A stretch of 64,000 bases of DNA. It comes from Camelus dromedarius (taxonomy: Eukaryota). Each line of letters opens with the position of its first letter. Position 1 is the stretch's first letter. This document shows, piece after piece, positions 12,289 to 25,269 of the stretch. The stretch covers positions 24,864,001 to 24,928,000 of the forward strand of contig NC_087436.1 in assembly GCF_036321535.1 (NCBI RefSeq). Reading direction: 5' to 3'. A program made the position numbers and the translations under genes. The notes beneath the pieces were generated by a model, which was not told where the DNA came from, did not search any database, and saw only the letters and a program-made list of their open reading frames with translations.

Positions 12289-12577
12289 AAAAGAAAAATT
12301 AGAATTTTTTCTTTTTGAAATTGACCATAGAAGGAGAATGTTGTGATGGGAGGAAATGATTGGGCTATAGGATCCTCTTCTTTTCTTCATGGATTCGTCT
12401 TTTTTTGGAGTACTTGCTCATGATGGCTGTGGTGCCTGCCCTCACTGGCTCAGGACTGGGGCGTGGGCAGCAGATAACTGCTCCCTGTTAATTCTCTAGA
12501 CCATTTCTTTGTTTCCATAACACAGCTAGACAGGGCTGTCCTGTTTAAGTAAGACTAGTGATGCCATGAGAAAATAG

Positions 12578-12685
12578 TTATTCACTCATTATTTAGCAAA
12601 CATTTATTGGTGCCAGGCATTGTGCTAGGGTTAGAGATTTATTGGTGAGCAAAACAGACACAGTCCCTCCCTTCCTGGTACTCCT
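12578..12685 (-). mobile_element. L2 3' end
   Basis: 'ttcactcattatttagcaaacatttattggtgccaggcattgtgctagg...acagtccctcc'. Confidence 0.7.
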
Positions 12686-13499
12686 CCAGGGCTCATCAAA
12701 ATGGGGTGATATAAACTGGATAATCTTAATTATAATACATGGCTTGCTCCATCCTGTCTTCTATTAGACAGACCTTTCTTAGCTCCTGGCCTTCTTCCAG
12801 GTGGTGGAAGCTGCCTTACTTATCCTCAACTGCATGGATATCCACTGCCCTCAAAATCCAGGCCCAGGAGAAGAAGGACCAGGCTTGTTCATTGTCCAGC
12901 CTCCATGAGCCATCTGGCTTAGTTTCCTCGACAATTTTCCATCCCTGGGCATACTTTCTCTCCCTATGAGTGTTCTAGCCTATTTCCAAAGGATACAGAT
13001 ATCAGAATGCAACATAACAACCATAGATACATAACACAGAAATGGGGTTGTGGTGGGGTGTCACTTCACAATTATATGCTTGAAATTTCCTTCTTTTAAA
13101 GAGAAGATTAAGAGTTGACATGATATTGCAGAAAAACAATACAGTTGATCAGGTCTGGAACCTATTATCTCTGAATATTACTTTTAATAAGCATATTCTG
13201 CTTAGTTCTGCACTTGGAAATTAAACTTAACAGCTCTTTGATGTTTGGTATAATTTTCAAGGAATTCTGAGCATTGACTTCCATTGGGTAGATCTAGAAA
13301 TTAGCTTGCTACTCATTTTGAACTTGACCAATACTGAGCAGATTTTTTGTTACATCCAATTTTGTTAAGGTGTTGAAAATACAGCAACTGACTCAGAAAC
13401 TAATATATGAGAACTATGCTATACATAAGGAATTTAAAAAATAATTATAAAATATATAACATGTGGGGTATATGTGTGTTTATATGTGGTATGTCTAAC

Positions 13500-14039
13500 T
13501 GTATCAGTCAGAATTCATTTGGAGAAGCAGAGTCACTCTATGTATTGTAAAATAAAGAATAAATGACAGGAGTAAGTCCTTATGGGACTATGGGAAGAGC
13601 TGGAGAGGAGAAGGTCCAGAAGTGGGAGTCAGATTAGAGAAGAGCCCTCAGTCTGCCCGGAGCCCTGGCGTAGGTGGACAAACCAGTGCTTCCCCACCAG
13701 GCTCTTGCATTGGGGGAGTTCATGGAGAGGCCTTTGGGAAGCTGTTGCCCCTAGGGGTCCCAGTGCTGCATCTGGTTGTTGGCTGGGGGGCCACTCTTGG
13801 GCATCAAGGCCAGCAGTCATGATGCAGAGTGGAGGAGAGGGAGGGTACACCAGGACTTTGGGGCACCTTGTCTCTGACCATACCGTATCTGACTGTGTTT
13901 ACTCTTTTACTTCCGCATTCCAGATTTTTGTACTAGTTCCTTTATTTTGGTTAACTCTAACCTAGAACTGTACAGAGAAGGCTATTTTTGGGACACAGAA
14001 TTTGTATCTTAAATCAACTTGACATTGTACAATCCAGCA
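13500..14039 (-). mobile_element. ERVL solo LTR (LTR40/LTR52-like)
   Basis: Starts 'tgtatcagtcagaattcatttggagaagcagag'; ends 'aactctaacctagaactgtacagagaagg...aacttgacattgtacaatccagca'. Confidence 0.55.
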
Positions 14040-14050
14040 AAATAAATATT

Positions 14051-14600
14051 TGAGTAAAGGGGGCTAACATCTTTGGCATAAGGATTATTTTGAGCTGAAG
14101 GCACCTGAAAAACAGATGCAGGGAGAGGCTTCCTGTGAACTCCTCTTATCTGCCTGAGGACAGACCCTCCCAAAGGAACTTAATTGTCATAAATCCCTTC
14201 CCTGGGAATTTCATCAACCAGAGAAGATTGACTCTTACCACAGGAGAGGAGACTAGACGTCCCTGCCACTTTGACTTTTTTGTTACAAACTGACAAAGTT
14301 TGTCACGAACTATCATTCCTCCCATCTATTCTTCCAAGGGCTCATTCATCTTTCCTAAAAATGATTTACTTTCCCCATAAGTGGTTTCCATCTCCACTCC
14401 CTGCTTTCCCTGTTAAGTCAGAATATAAGCTCTCAAATCTCACTACTTCCTTGAATATTCATTTTTTTTCTGTGATGTTCACATGCAAGTAATATTAGAA
14501 ATTGATGAATTTTCTCCTGTTAATCTGCCTATTGTCATTTGAGTTCATAGACTCGGTTATTGAGCATAGGAGAGTAGAGGGACAATCTTTCCTTTCCTTT
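14051..14600 (+). mobile_element. ERV1 solo LTR (MER34/MER39-like)
   Basis: 'tggcataaggattattttgagctgaaggca' and 'ttttctcctgttaatctgcctattgtca'. Confidence 0.8.
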
Positions 14601-15382
14601 GTAAGGAAATACACACACAATATTAGCCTCTTGTGATTTATTACAAAACTTTTCTGAAATGACCCCAAGAGTACACTTACATGGACACTATGACTTCTAA
14701 GGAGTTGTTACTCTTTTCAGTAATAACTTATCTTAAAGTGATGCTAAGTAGGATTTTTTTTTAAGCAACCAGAGAGTCTAATAGATTTTTGTCTCTCTTG
14801 GGTGCGTATCTTATTTGACAGAAAATCTTCCTCATCATAAGTGCTTAAAATCGCACGTGAACCTGCGACAGAGACTGTACCATTTCCTCCATTTCAGAGC
14901 CTGTGTGGATGTCAGCAGACTTCTCATCAGTTAGAAACTCTCACAAGTCACAAGTTCTTGTTGTCTTTTTAGGTGTTCAGTCTTTGCTGAGTGAAGTCCA
15001 TTGAGAGAACACATCCACCTCTTTAACTCTTGCACCCTCCAGAGAACCGGCAACAAATGGTGGTGTTCTCAAATGACAAACAAAAGGTTTTACTTGGCAA
15101 GGGCGGCAGAATCTGAGGCAAAGGCCGTCATCAGGGATCTTCCTTAATGATTGCTGTCGATTCATGACTACAGAATTCTTGAGATTCTTGGGTAAATACT
15201 GCTCCAACGAACACATGATTACAACCAAAGGAATTTCAGATTTTTTCATCCACAGTTTGTTTTCTTGTGTTGAAAAGAGAAGGTTGCTTCTCATATTCTG
15301 AAAAGTTTATCCGGATACTCCTTTTACTTGATTTGATGAGAAAAATCTCCAGGTGTTGTAGGGGCATAAAGCCGAGGGAGAG

Positions 15383-15565
15383 GAAAGAACTGGGTTTCTA
15401 TCCGCAGCTTTTACTATCTGTGGCCTTGGGCTATTAACCATTATTGGCTTGTTCCCTATTCTTTTTTCTGTCCAATGGGCACCTTAAAGGATTTTGTGAG
15501 GACTGAATGAGATAAGTAATTCAAGGACTTAGCTAACTGTAGGTACTCCATAAATGTTCGTTTCT
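15383..15565 (+). mobile_element. MIR SINE
   Basis: 'tgtggccttgggc...aggattttgtgaggactgaatgagataa...ccataaatgtt' MIR core and 3' end. Confidence 0.6.
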
Positions 15566-15773
15566 TTACTATGCTACTCAATACAAAGTTATTTTATCAT
15601 GGTGATAATGCACCTTCTCTCTTAAAGCAGTCACAAAGAGGCTTTTATGGGCATTGATTTTCCTCATAAATAAAGACTGATGCTTCCTGTGTAGGTAATA
15701 ATAGATTTACGTAAAGCTCCTGACTGGCCTCTTCAGCTTTTGGTGTTGAGGCGGGACCATCGCTGATACAGGT

Positions 15774-16166
15774 TGTCAGAATAAGAGGTGTGGAAGTCAA
15801 TTTTTAGGCCTAAATGGAGCCGCTCCTTTCTGGGGTGCCATGTCAGCAAACGGAACTTTCATGCTCCTGTAAATGTTCTGCTTGACGTGAAACACAGTAT
15901 CTCCAGTCGGCCAATCTCTACATGCCAAGTCAACTCTGCACTTGATGCATATTTCCTTGATCTTTCTAAATAAGGTCAGATAGACAAACCCAGCCAATCA
16001 CACCCTGTTTCTGCCTTGCTGTTTCTAACGCTCACCCGTGTCCAAAATCCCCGGGGAAGGGAGCTCTCCTGCTTGTGAGGCTGTGTACCCCTCTAGTCCT
16101 TGGATGGTTTGCCCTCGAATAAAGGACATCACTCTCATTACTCAGTTTTAGTTTTGTCATTTGACA
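15774..16166 (+). mobile_element. ERV1-class solo LTR
   Basis: TGTCA...TGACA inverted termini, two CCAAT boxes, AATAAA about 45 bp before the end. Confidence 0.8.
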
Positions 16167-16519
16167 GAGGGTCCTGGAAAGGGAAAAAAGATCTTTTAGT
16201 CACGTTCTGGAAGATGTCTGGTATTGTTTTATGGGATGATTGGACTGTTGTTTTGCTTACCAGCAGGAAGAAAGTCTAAAGTTAATGTATTCAGATCTCA
16301 AACAGTCAGGCACTGGATTGATTCAGTCATGTGTAAGTGGAGATGGTTGTGTCCTTTACAGAACACAAGCAATCACTGACTGACTAGATTTCTCATTGGG
16401 CCCATTTCTACTTTTTTCACTCTAGACCTAGGTCAAAAAACATCTTGATGTTTTCCTCCTATTCTCGAAACCCACAGGAATATTTCTTGACTGAAAATCT
16501 CATATGCCAATTAAAAACA

Positions 16520-16769
16520 AAGGGATATATTGGGAGTTAGAGATTTACAGATACTAACTACTATATATAAAGTAGATAAACAACAAGTTTCTTCTGTATA
16601 GCACAGGGAACTATATTCAATATCCTGTAGTAACCTATAATGAAAAGGAATAGGAAAAGGAATATAAGTATTTATATGCATGACTGAAACATTATGCTGC
16701 ACACCTGAAATTGACACAACATTGTAAACTAATTGTACATCAATAAAAACCCTAAAAACCAAAAAAAAA
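16520..16769 (+). mobile_element. L1 3'-end fragment with A-rich tail
   Basis: 'ttgggagttagagatttacagatactaactac...tatagcacagggaactatattcaatatc...acattgtaaac...caataaaaa'. Confidence 0.9.
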
Positions 16770-18859
16770 GGAGCCTAGAAAAAAATACCGGAGTCCTATA
16801 ATACCCCAAATAAAATATTTTCAGTATTTTTATGCAGATGAATACAAGTTTCTAGCTATTTCATTGCCAGATTATTCTTCACAATCCCGGGGGTGAGGAA
16901 CTCAGATATGAGCCAAACTCTAGATTTACATTAGGTATCCTTGGAAATTATTTAAATAAGATATAACATAATGTACCACTGAGGCTATAATTTACTTTTA
17001 TGTGAGGTTCTATTGTAAAAGAGTTTTAAATAGCTTCTGAGTATAGCTTATGAGTTAGGAGAACTTGTCTCTATAGATAATCATTAAATTTTATATAAAT
17101 TTATACATAAAATTATATCATGATTACAAATCACACATATTAATTAGCATATCAAATGTATTTATTTCAACTTTTACTGGGACTAGAATCAGAAGTTCCT
17201 TAATTGAGATGATTTGAATGATTTGAACTGCGGTTTGGCTTTAAAAGACCTTTGGACAAGGAGTCAGAAGACCTGGGCATTGTCATGTCACCTCTCTGGG
17301 TCAGACAGTGGCCTTGTCTTAAAATGAGCAGACTCTTCTGATGGCCTCTAAAGGCCCTTTAGGATGTCATGGTTATAGGAAATCACCTTCAGCACAAGCA
17401 CTAGAAGATATCCTTGCTGATTAGTTTTTCTCAAATCAGAAATGCAATCCCCCTCTTCCTATTATTTTAATTGATTTTACAATATAAAATCCATTCAAAA
17501 TCTTTTGCCTAGTCTCTTTTCTCCCACTTAATAATGGTTCACTTGTTAGCCCTTGTGATAGGTAGTAGGGCAAAAGTAAAAAAATCACGAAATAAATGGA
17601 GTTGGAAGGGACCATGACAGATCATCTGGCCTGGCCATCTGCAAGTACAGCATGTTTTAGTGCTTGCTTGAGCTATAAATAACCACAGTATCCAGCCAAG
17701 TCTGCATCACTTTAACATGGCCCAAAGTGCCGGTCAAACCTAGGAACTTTCCTTTATTTATCCTTGGAACTCTTTTGCTTGACTTGGCTGAAGTTTCTGG
17801 AAAACCATCTAATTCTAGAATAGAGTCTGAAATGAATACGTGTAGAAAATTGGAATCTATAGGCAAGGCAGAATCCAGATACTTTTACGTAAACCTTGTC
17901 CATTTCTACCTCTATCCCTCTCTTGAGGGCAGTCCCATCTCTGCCTCTGACCTCTTGTTTCAGCCTCACTGCTTTGGGGCTTAAAGAGATCATGCGCAAA
18001 GAGCTAGCACCATGCCAAGCTTGGAGTAGGGGCTCAAGAATGGCTTTGCACAACTTCTACGATATGAGCTGCTTGAGTCTTGCTATTTTTCTGCACACCT
18101 AGAATAGTGCTAGGTGTACTGGAGGTGCTTGGTAAATGCTTAGTAAACTTACTAACTTGCTCTTTTCTTTTTCTGTCCCTCCACTCTCTTTCTGAGGGTC
18201 CATTTCTCTCTTCTCTCCCTTGAAGAAACCAAAGTTATTAAGGGGAAAAGGAGATTGGTGTGGGGGCCCTTCTTCAGTCACTTGTCTTGGGTGAGAAAAA
18301 TGGAAAATTTGGGTGAGTGTTGTCATGGGACAGGATGAAGGAGCTTCTTGGAGAAAGATTCTCTGGTTGATTTGTGAGTAAGGATTTCCAGAGGAAAAAG
18401 CTCATCTAAGCTAGTTTATTCCAACCACAAATTCCACCTTGAGATGTTTTAGAGAGGGATGACAGAGTGGCTCTGATAAGAAGCAGCTGGAGTTTAGCAG
18501 TTAACTCCTGTCTCTGAGTTCCCCTCGAGGAACCCAGTTACCTGGTGGGCACATGGTTCCCTGAAGGAGAGGCCTGCCTGGCTTTTTGGTGTCTGGCAAC
18601 CCTAGTCCTTGCACTGGGTCCCCTTGTCCTTCAAGTTCCTTAAGGTCTACATTTTTCTGTCTTTCCTGCCCCAGAGTGTTTCTAATGCTCGGTGATACAC
18701 AGGGATCTTCTCAAGAATGTTCAGGCTCTCTTGTGAAGGGCTCTTTTCAATTGCAAAGAGAACAAGCCATAAAGTCCTTGGGGCGCAGACACTTCTTACT
18801 CCGCCCAGCTTGCTTCCTCCCTACTTCTAATTTGCAAACAGAACCTGAGTCAGATTAAA

Positions 18860-19727
18860 CTCCTTGTTTGTCCCGAAGCCCTTCATGCGCTCTCACGTTT
18901 CTCAGTCTTTGCCTGTGTCTTATATTCTGCCTAGAATGCTCTTCCCTTAGCCTGGTATGTTTGAGGTTGAAAGTAGACCGTTCAAAGATACCCCTGGTCT
19001 GATCTTTGAGCCTGTGAATGTTACCTTCTATGGACAAAGAAAAGTAAAGGGTCAGTGGATATGTGAAGTTAATGAGTTTAACCTGGGAAGATAATCCTGG
19101 ATTACCTGGGTGGGCCCTAAATGCAATCAGCTGTTTCCTTTTAGGAGGGAGGCGGAGGGAGACGATCCACGTGGCGGAGGAGGAGCCACTGGAAGACGAA
19201 GGTCGAGCTGGGAGTGCGGTGTGCAGAAGCAGAGGCACTCCGGCAGCCCCCAGGTGCTGAAAGGGGCAAGGAACAGCTCTCTGAGGGCCTCCGGAGGAAG
19301 CGCAGCTCTGCCAAAGCCCAGTGTTGCTGATACCAGACTTCGAGCCTGAAGAACCGTGAGTGAATACATTTCTGCTTCTCTAAACTACCAAGCTTGTGGT
19401 CATTTGTTGCAGCAACCATAATAAAACGAATGCACTTTCATGCCAGGCTAGCCCTACTTAATCTCTATAGCTTAGTTGTTACCTCCTCCAAAAAGTTCTC
19501 CCGTACGCCCCTTCGGTCCAAGTTAAAGGAACCTCTTCTATGTTCCCACAGCAACTTGCGCTCGCTTTTATTAAAGAACCCATCACCTTTGACTGCTAAT
19601 GCCTCGTAACTTGTTTATTTCACCCCTAAGTCTTAGCAACCTGAGGGTGAGGACGGTGGCTTTCAACTCACGCTCTATGCTGCGGAAGGGGCTGGCACCC
19701 TGGAGGTTCGTTGTAAACGCTGTTGAA
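18860..19727 (+). mobile_element. L2 3' region interrupted by MLT1D
   Basis: 'tctgcctagaatgctcttcc' before the LTR; 'gttacctcctcc...gagggtgaggacggtggc...gtaaacgctgttgaa' after it. Confidence 0.55.
18958..19433 (+). mobile_element. MaLR solo LTR (MLT1D-like)
   Basis: 'cctgtgaatgttacctt', 'gataatcctggattacctgggtgggccctaaatgcaatca', 'gtggtcatttgttgcagcaacc...gaatgca'. Confidence 0.85.
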
Positions 19728-20260
19728 GACACGATGGCATGTGATTTTTATCATTCTGTCAGCTGCAATTCTCATTGGAATGCAGTATTACCATATCATA
19801 CTTTATTTTCGTCGTCCGATTGGGAAGATTAATCACACACTATTTTCAGGACTCCTAGGCAAGTTTACGCCTACCGAGAGGGTGTGGGGCGCCGTAACTG
19901 ACTTCCGGCGGAGGCAGCTGTGATGCTGGCAGGCTCCAGCATGGCCCCCTCCGCACTCCTCAGTGGTGACGGCTCTTATTCCTTCCAGTCTCTCCTCTTG
20001 CTGGTGTCACTGGACCAAGATGTGTCAAATCTAGTCCTAGTCTCTCCTCTCATGTGAGGGGCTCAGCCCAGGTTTTTGCTCAATTCCTTCATGTTGTTTA
20101 AAGTCTGCTTTCCTGCTTCTGGTTCCTGGCGTCGTAATTGCCGATTCCGGATGTGAAATTCTGTGCGTTCCATGTGCTTTGTATGGGTTGGAGCCCTGTG
20201 ATGAAGCCGGTGTTGTGTGAGCATTAAGCTCATGGTGTTGTTCAGGCCACGTAACAGGGA
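19140..20260. promoter_or_regulatory. CpG-enriched promoter-like island
   Basis: About 43 CpGs in 1.1 kb by manual count, far above the rest of the window; ATTGG (CCAAT) at 19774 and 19819; ETS motifs ACTTCCGG 19901-19908 and CCGGATGT 20147-20154. Confidence 0.55.
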
Positions 20261-23174
20261 GAGTGACTGGGTTTCTGGATTTTCATCAGAAGGTTGTTGC
20301 AGGAATCTGGATTAGCTAGCCATGAGGACCCGGCCCCAGTGGATGATAAATGAGTGGGAAGGGATTAAATCAAAACACATGCTGTTACTTACATTTCCAG
20401 CCCATATCAGTCTGAATTTTCTATTTAAGCATAATAAATGGCCAGTGATACTAGTTTGCAACTGCTGTGATTTGGGGAATCTCAGGCCTGCTCACAGTAC
20501 CCCCCCACCCCCGTTTTTTCTTCCGGGAGTTGGGTCTGCTTGGTGGAACATCTCCCCAGCTTTTTTGCTCCAGGTTTCTGATCAGACAGACCCACCAAGG
20601 ACTCTGTCGATTCCCACCTGAAGCTCCAGTCCACTCTGACTGTCTGGAACAAAGGCTTCACTCTTCTGGCCCTGCTTTTGCTTTCATCCCATCATCCCTA
20701 ATTAGATTAGAACCTTCACTTAATTCCCTACACCAAATTGACACTAAACTCTGCATTTATTAAAGTTTTACTGACAGTTCAGGAATAATGGCGGAAAACA
20801 CCATGGGAATTTACAACCAGTTATGAGACATGTGTGTTCTCCATCTCAGGCCCAATTTGGCCTTTGGAGCCATATCCCCACCCCTGACACTACCTCTTTC
20901 CCCATTTCCCCCTTCCAGGGCTTTAGGGAGCTGCTTTGGAACCTGAACCCAATTACCATGCAGCTCAGAGAGAGAAAGAGGAAGTTTTCAGACTATTTTC
21001 TGATTCAGGATGCTTGGATGTGGGAATGTCCTCTCCCTTCAGGGGGAACCACACAAGGTCTTGCAGGATAGCACGCAGCAGGTTGACATCTATGCATTCT
21101 GGCTTTGCTGCCTTTTGAAAAACCACAGCATGAGAGCTAACAATGGTCCAGCACAGCTCCTTTTTACAGCTGCTCCTCCAAAGTGAATGGAAGACAAAGC
21201 CTGCAAATTTTTCTGGCAATCTTTTCAATGTTAGGTTTCTACTTACTGTAAAAGGCAGTGAAACACCACCACCAACACAAAACAAACAAAACCCTCCAAA
21301 TTAACAAGAGATGATTTAAAATACAGTGCACTGAATCAGTCTCGCAGAACCGGAATAATACCTTCTCTGGCCCCACACTCCGCTCTCTTCTCTCCTACCC
21401 AGATAAAGCCAGCTCCTAGGCAGAGTCCTGTTTGCATCTCAAAACAATACCCTCAACTTGTCTAAAACAACTTTCTAAAACAAAACAGGTTGAAAGGGAC
21501 TTCAAAGCCTCCTTCAGGATCAATGGATCGATTCTTTACGTTTGTGTAATTAAAGGATCCATTCTGATGACTTCCCCCCAAAGAACTCGTGTTCTGCAGG
21601 TGCCTTTCTGCTACCATTGACAAGGCTTAAAAAGACCTTGAGGCTTTGAAATGATAGTTTTCCCAGGTTCTGCTCATTAAGTCTTCAAAAACCCTGATAT
21701 CCAGGCCTCAGTAATAAAATAAAGCCTTTTCCATATGGAACTTCTGGCAAGAACAGGTGGTTCCCTGATACAATAATTAAAGCGGAGAAAGATTAAGGTT
21801 CTCAAACCTGGGGAAGTGATAGAATAATGTGTGAGATTGATAGACTTGTGGTGAGAAGGGAGAATGGTTTGGGATGGTAAGATAAAAACTTGAGGTTCAG
21901 GTGTAATTGATGACCTTTTTTTGTCAACTCCAGTCCCAGGATGTGGGATTTGGGTGAAATTTTAGCTTTGATTGTTTCCAAATCCAGCAGCAGACATGAA
22001 GAGTCCTGTCATTAGAATATAACAGAATAGCCTTTTTATTTTAGGCTTTGGAGGTAAGAAATGAGTTGAATTTTTGCAGCTCAGGGGTCCCCTAAACATC
22101 GGAGTCATTGTGTAAGACTATTCATTAGAGCAGAATTCTCAGCTGAAATGGGATTTTGCAGAATTTACAGTTATCAGAGTTGCCCAGTTTAGACAAGTTA
22201 GCAGATGGTTTTAGTACAATTTTAAAAACTATATTAATAGTCTCCTTAATACAAGCTGAAGACACCTGTCAAAAATCATTATTTTATTGCCCAGCATTTC
22301 TCTAGAATTTGGTAATATGAAGCAAGGTCTCACCAATAACACTATTCCATTTTCATCATTATGCTTAATTATTTTGCTACTTTATCTGCATATATATAGA
22401 CTCTAATCCATTAAGTATAATTACAATTGTATTTTAATTACTAAAGTGTTTTATTTTGAAACTTCCTAGAGGGTTATTTCATTTTCTCAGGTAGTAAGCA
22501 AAGAGCCAATTCTTACCCTTACCAAAGTGACTTGCTTTCTCTTAACAGTTTTTTTTTTAAATTAGCAATAGTGATAATTGTTCTTGAGATTTAGATAGTA
22601 TATTGAATGTTTGATTTTCTGTTTGTCAATAAAACATTTCTTTTTCCTGTTTTTTCTTGATTCTAGACCTTTCTCTTATTTAGATGCAAACACACTTAGC
22701 TGTTAACAGTACCCTTTAATCTTTCTGCAGTGTATTCCTTGATGCCTGTCTTAATCTTTAAACAAGCTTCTCTTTAAATTTCAATACACTTGAAGTAGGT
22801 TCCTTTAGCTTATGAATGACTTATTTATTGATACCTATTTTCTTGTTGGATTAAAAAATAATTATATTGGTGTATGCTTGATCAACTTCTTAGTAAATCA
22901 CTTCAATGTTCATATCCTTCTGTCTTCAATTTAAGGTAATGAAAATTTATCAATCTACTGTAGACACACCAAAACGTAACTTTTCCTGCTGGGTCTCAAT
23001 AACCTTCATGCATCTGCTACCTAAAATGCAATGATAATTTTTTCTTGTTTCAGAAAACATTGGGAAATGATTGTTATTGTTTCCCAAGGTATCCCCAATT
23101 TTTCAATTTCATTCAAACTCATCTGAATTTGTGAGAACTTTAGCTTTTCTTTGAACTTTTTTAGAAATTAGTAA

Positions 23175-24420
23175 GAGCACTGGGAGAAAATATTTGCAAA
23201 CCATATAGCTGTAAAAGAACTTGTGTCTAGGCTATATAAAGAGCTCTCAAAACTCAACAGTAAAGAAACAAAGAATCCAATTAGAAAATGGGCAAAAGAC
23301 ATGAACAGACATTTCACCAAAGAGGACACATAAGCACACACACAAAAAGTTGTTTAACATCGTTAGCTACTAGGGAAATTCAAATTAAAATCACAGTCTG
23401 TTTGATTTGTAAATAAGTCTATTTGTGTCATTTTTTTGGATTTCACATATAAGTGATATCATATGGTATTTTTCTTTCTCTTTAAACACAACATTGTAAA
23501 TTGACTATAGTTCAGTTAAAAAAAAAAAAAGCCACAGTGAGATCTTATCACACACATATTAGAACAGCTAAAATTAACAACCTCAAATAGTAGCAAGAAT
23601 ATGGAGAAACTGGGATCAGTCGTCTATTGCTGGTGTGAATATAAATTGATACAGACACTGTACAACATAGTCTGATGATTTCTTATAAAACTGTATGTGC
23701 ACTTAGCATAAGGACCAGGAATTACACTAAGATTTTTATTTCTCTGGAGTAAATGCCAGTGTCTATGCAAAAACCTGTATGCAGACATGTACAGCAGCAT
23801 TATTTGTAATAGCCTCAAACTGGAAATGACCCAAATATTCCTCAGTGGGTGAAGGGTTAAACAGACACTGATACATCCATGCAATGGAATACTACTCAGC
23901 AATTAAAAAGGAACAAACTATTGATACATTCCGCAACTTGGATGGCTCTGAAGGGCATTTATGCTCAATGGGAGCAAAAAGCCAATCTCAAAATGTTACT
24001 GTATGATTGCATTTATATGAAATTCTTGAAAAGATATAACTATAGAGACAGAAACAGCATTGAGAAAGACTGAGTGTAAATATAAAGGAGTAGTGTGAGA
24101 GAGTTCTTTGGTGATGGAACAGGTCTGTACCTGATGGTGGTTGTGGTTACACAAATTTTACATGGGATCAAATTGCATAGAAACACACACATACATATAC
24201 AGGAAAGCATATAAACACTAATGAAAACTTAGTGTGTTTGCAGTCTAGTTAATAGTATTGTTCCAATTTAAATTTCCTGGTTTGACAATGTTGTATGTTA
24301 CATAATATGTTAGCATTAGAGAATCTGGGGGAGGGTTCAAGGAATTCTATGTACTATTTCTATATACTATTTTTATAACTTCTCATGAATTTGCAATCAT
24401 TTTAAGGTAAAATTAAAAAA
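23175..24420 (+). mobile_element. L1MB/L1MC 3' region (ORF2 end and 3'UTR)
   Basis: 'gggagaaaatatttgcaaaccatat...aaaatgggcaaaagacatgaacagacatttcaccaaagagg' through 'tatgtactattt...taaaattaaaaaa'. Confidence 0.85.
23398..23530 (+). mobile_element. Short 5'-inverted (twin-primed) L1
   Basis: Antisense L1 3'UTR 23398-23481, then sense 3' end with poly-A; TSD aaaatcacagt/aaagccacagt at a TT/AAAA site. Confidence 0.75.
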
Positions 24421-24794
24421 ATGAGTAATGGAGAACTTAAAATACTAGCTAGCCATTTCAGTAATATGCTGCATACAAAAATCTTTAGAATAGTAAGTTG
24501 CTCAAGGAAATTCATGAAATAGAATGATTTTTTACTATGTCTGAAAATCACAATACTGGATTACTTATGAATATATTATGGCTTAATATGATGAAATAAA
24601 ACTGACACTCAAAATAGACTACACTCATAGTATATTTGCCTCGTCACATGAAGTAGAACCATATTTTCATTGTCTGCCCTCTTGAGAGGAAGGGAAAAGG
24701 AGGAGGAGTAGGGTTTAATGGGGAAGGAAGTTGTTACTTGATAGATCTATGAATTAGTAGGAAGTTTTATTTAATTTGCTGGAAAATAAGGAGT

Positions 24795-25000
24795 CTATTA
24801 GTCAAGATAATTAGAGCTCTCTGCTGCAACAAGCAAATCATGAAATCTCAGTGGCTTACCATGTGAAGGTGCCATCCTGTAGGATGTTTATAAAGGCCAG
24901 GCCTGGGAAGTAGCTTTCATCACTTCTACCAGCATGCCCTGGGCCAGAACCTTGTCACCTAGCAACCTAACTTGAAGGGAGGCTGCGATATGTAATAAAG
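24795..25000 (-). mobile_element. Old MaLR LTR fragment (MLT1J-L-like)
   Basis: 'gctgcaacaagcaaatcatgaaatctcagtggctta...ggccagaaccttgtcac...gaagggaggctg'. Confidence 0.6.
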
Positions 25001-25269
25001 GACCACATGAATGTGCTACAAAGAAAAGGAAAGAAATTAGAGGGAAACTTGTACACCCTCCAACAACTGCATTAATTTACATCCCTTCAACATAGTAACA
25101 TACTGTTATTTTTAACATCTTATACATTCATTTTGTTTATCTCACTCCCTTGCCAGCATTAGCCCATTTCTTTTTTCTACTTTGGAGTGAAAATCCTGGG
25201 AGGAATTGTCTCTCTTCACTGTCTTCCATTCCATGTCTAGTGACTCTACTTACGACTTCACTCCTTGCT

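Noticed and set aside
14977..15294. 105-aa minus-strand ORF in unique sequence
   Set aside because: No recognisable domain and no supporting exon structure; the length is compatible with chance.
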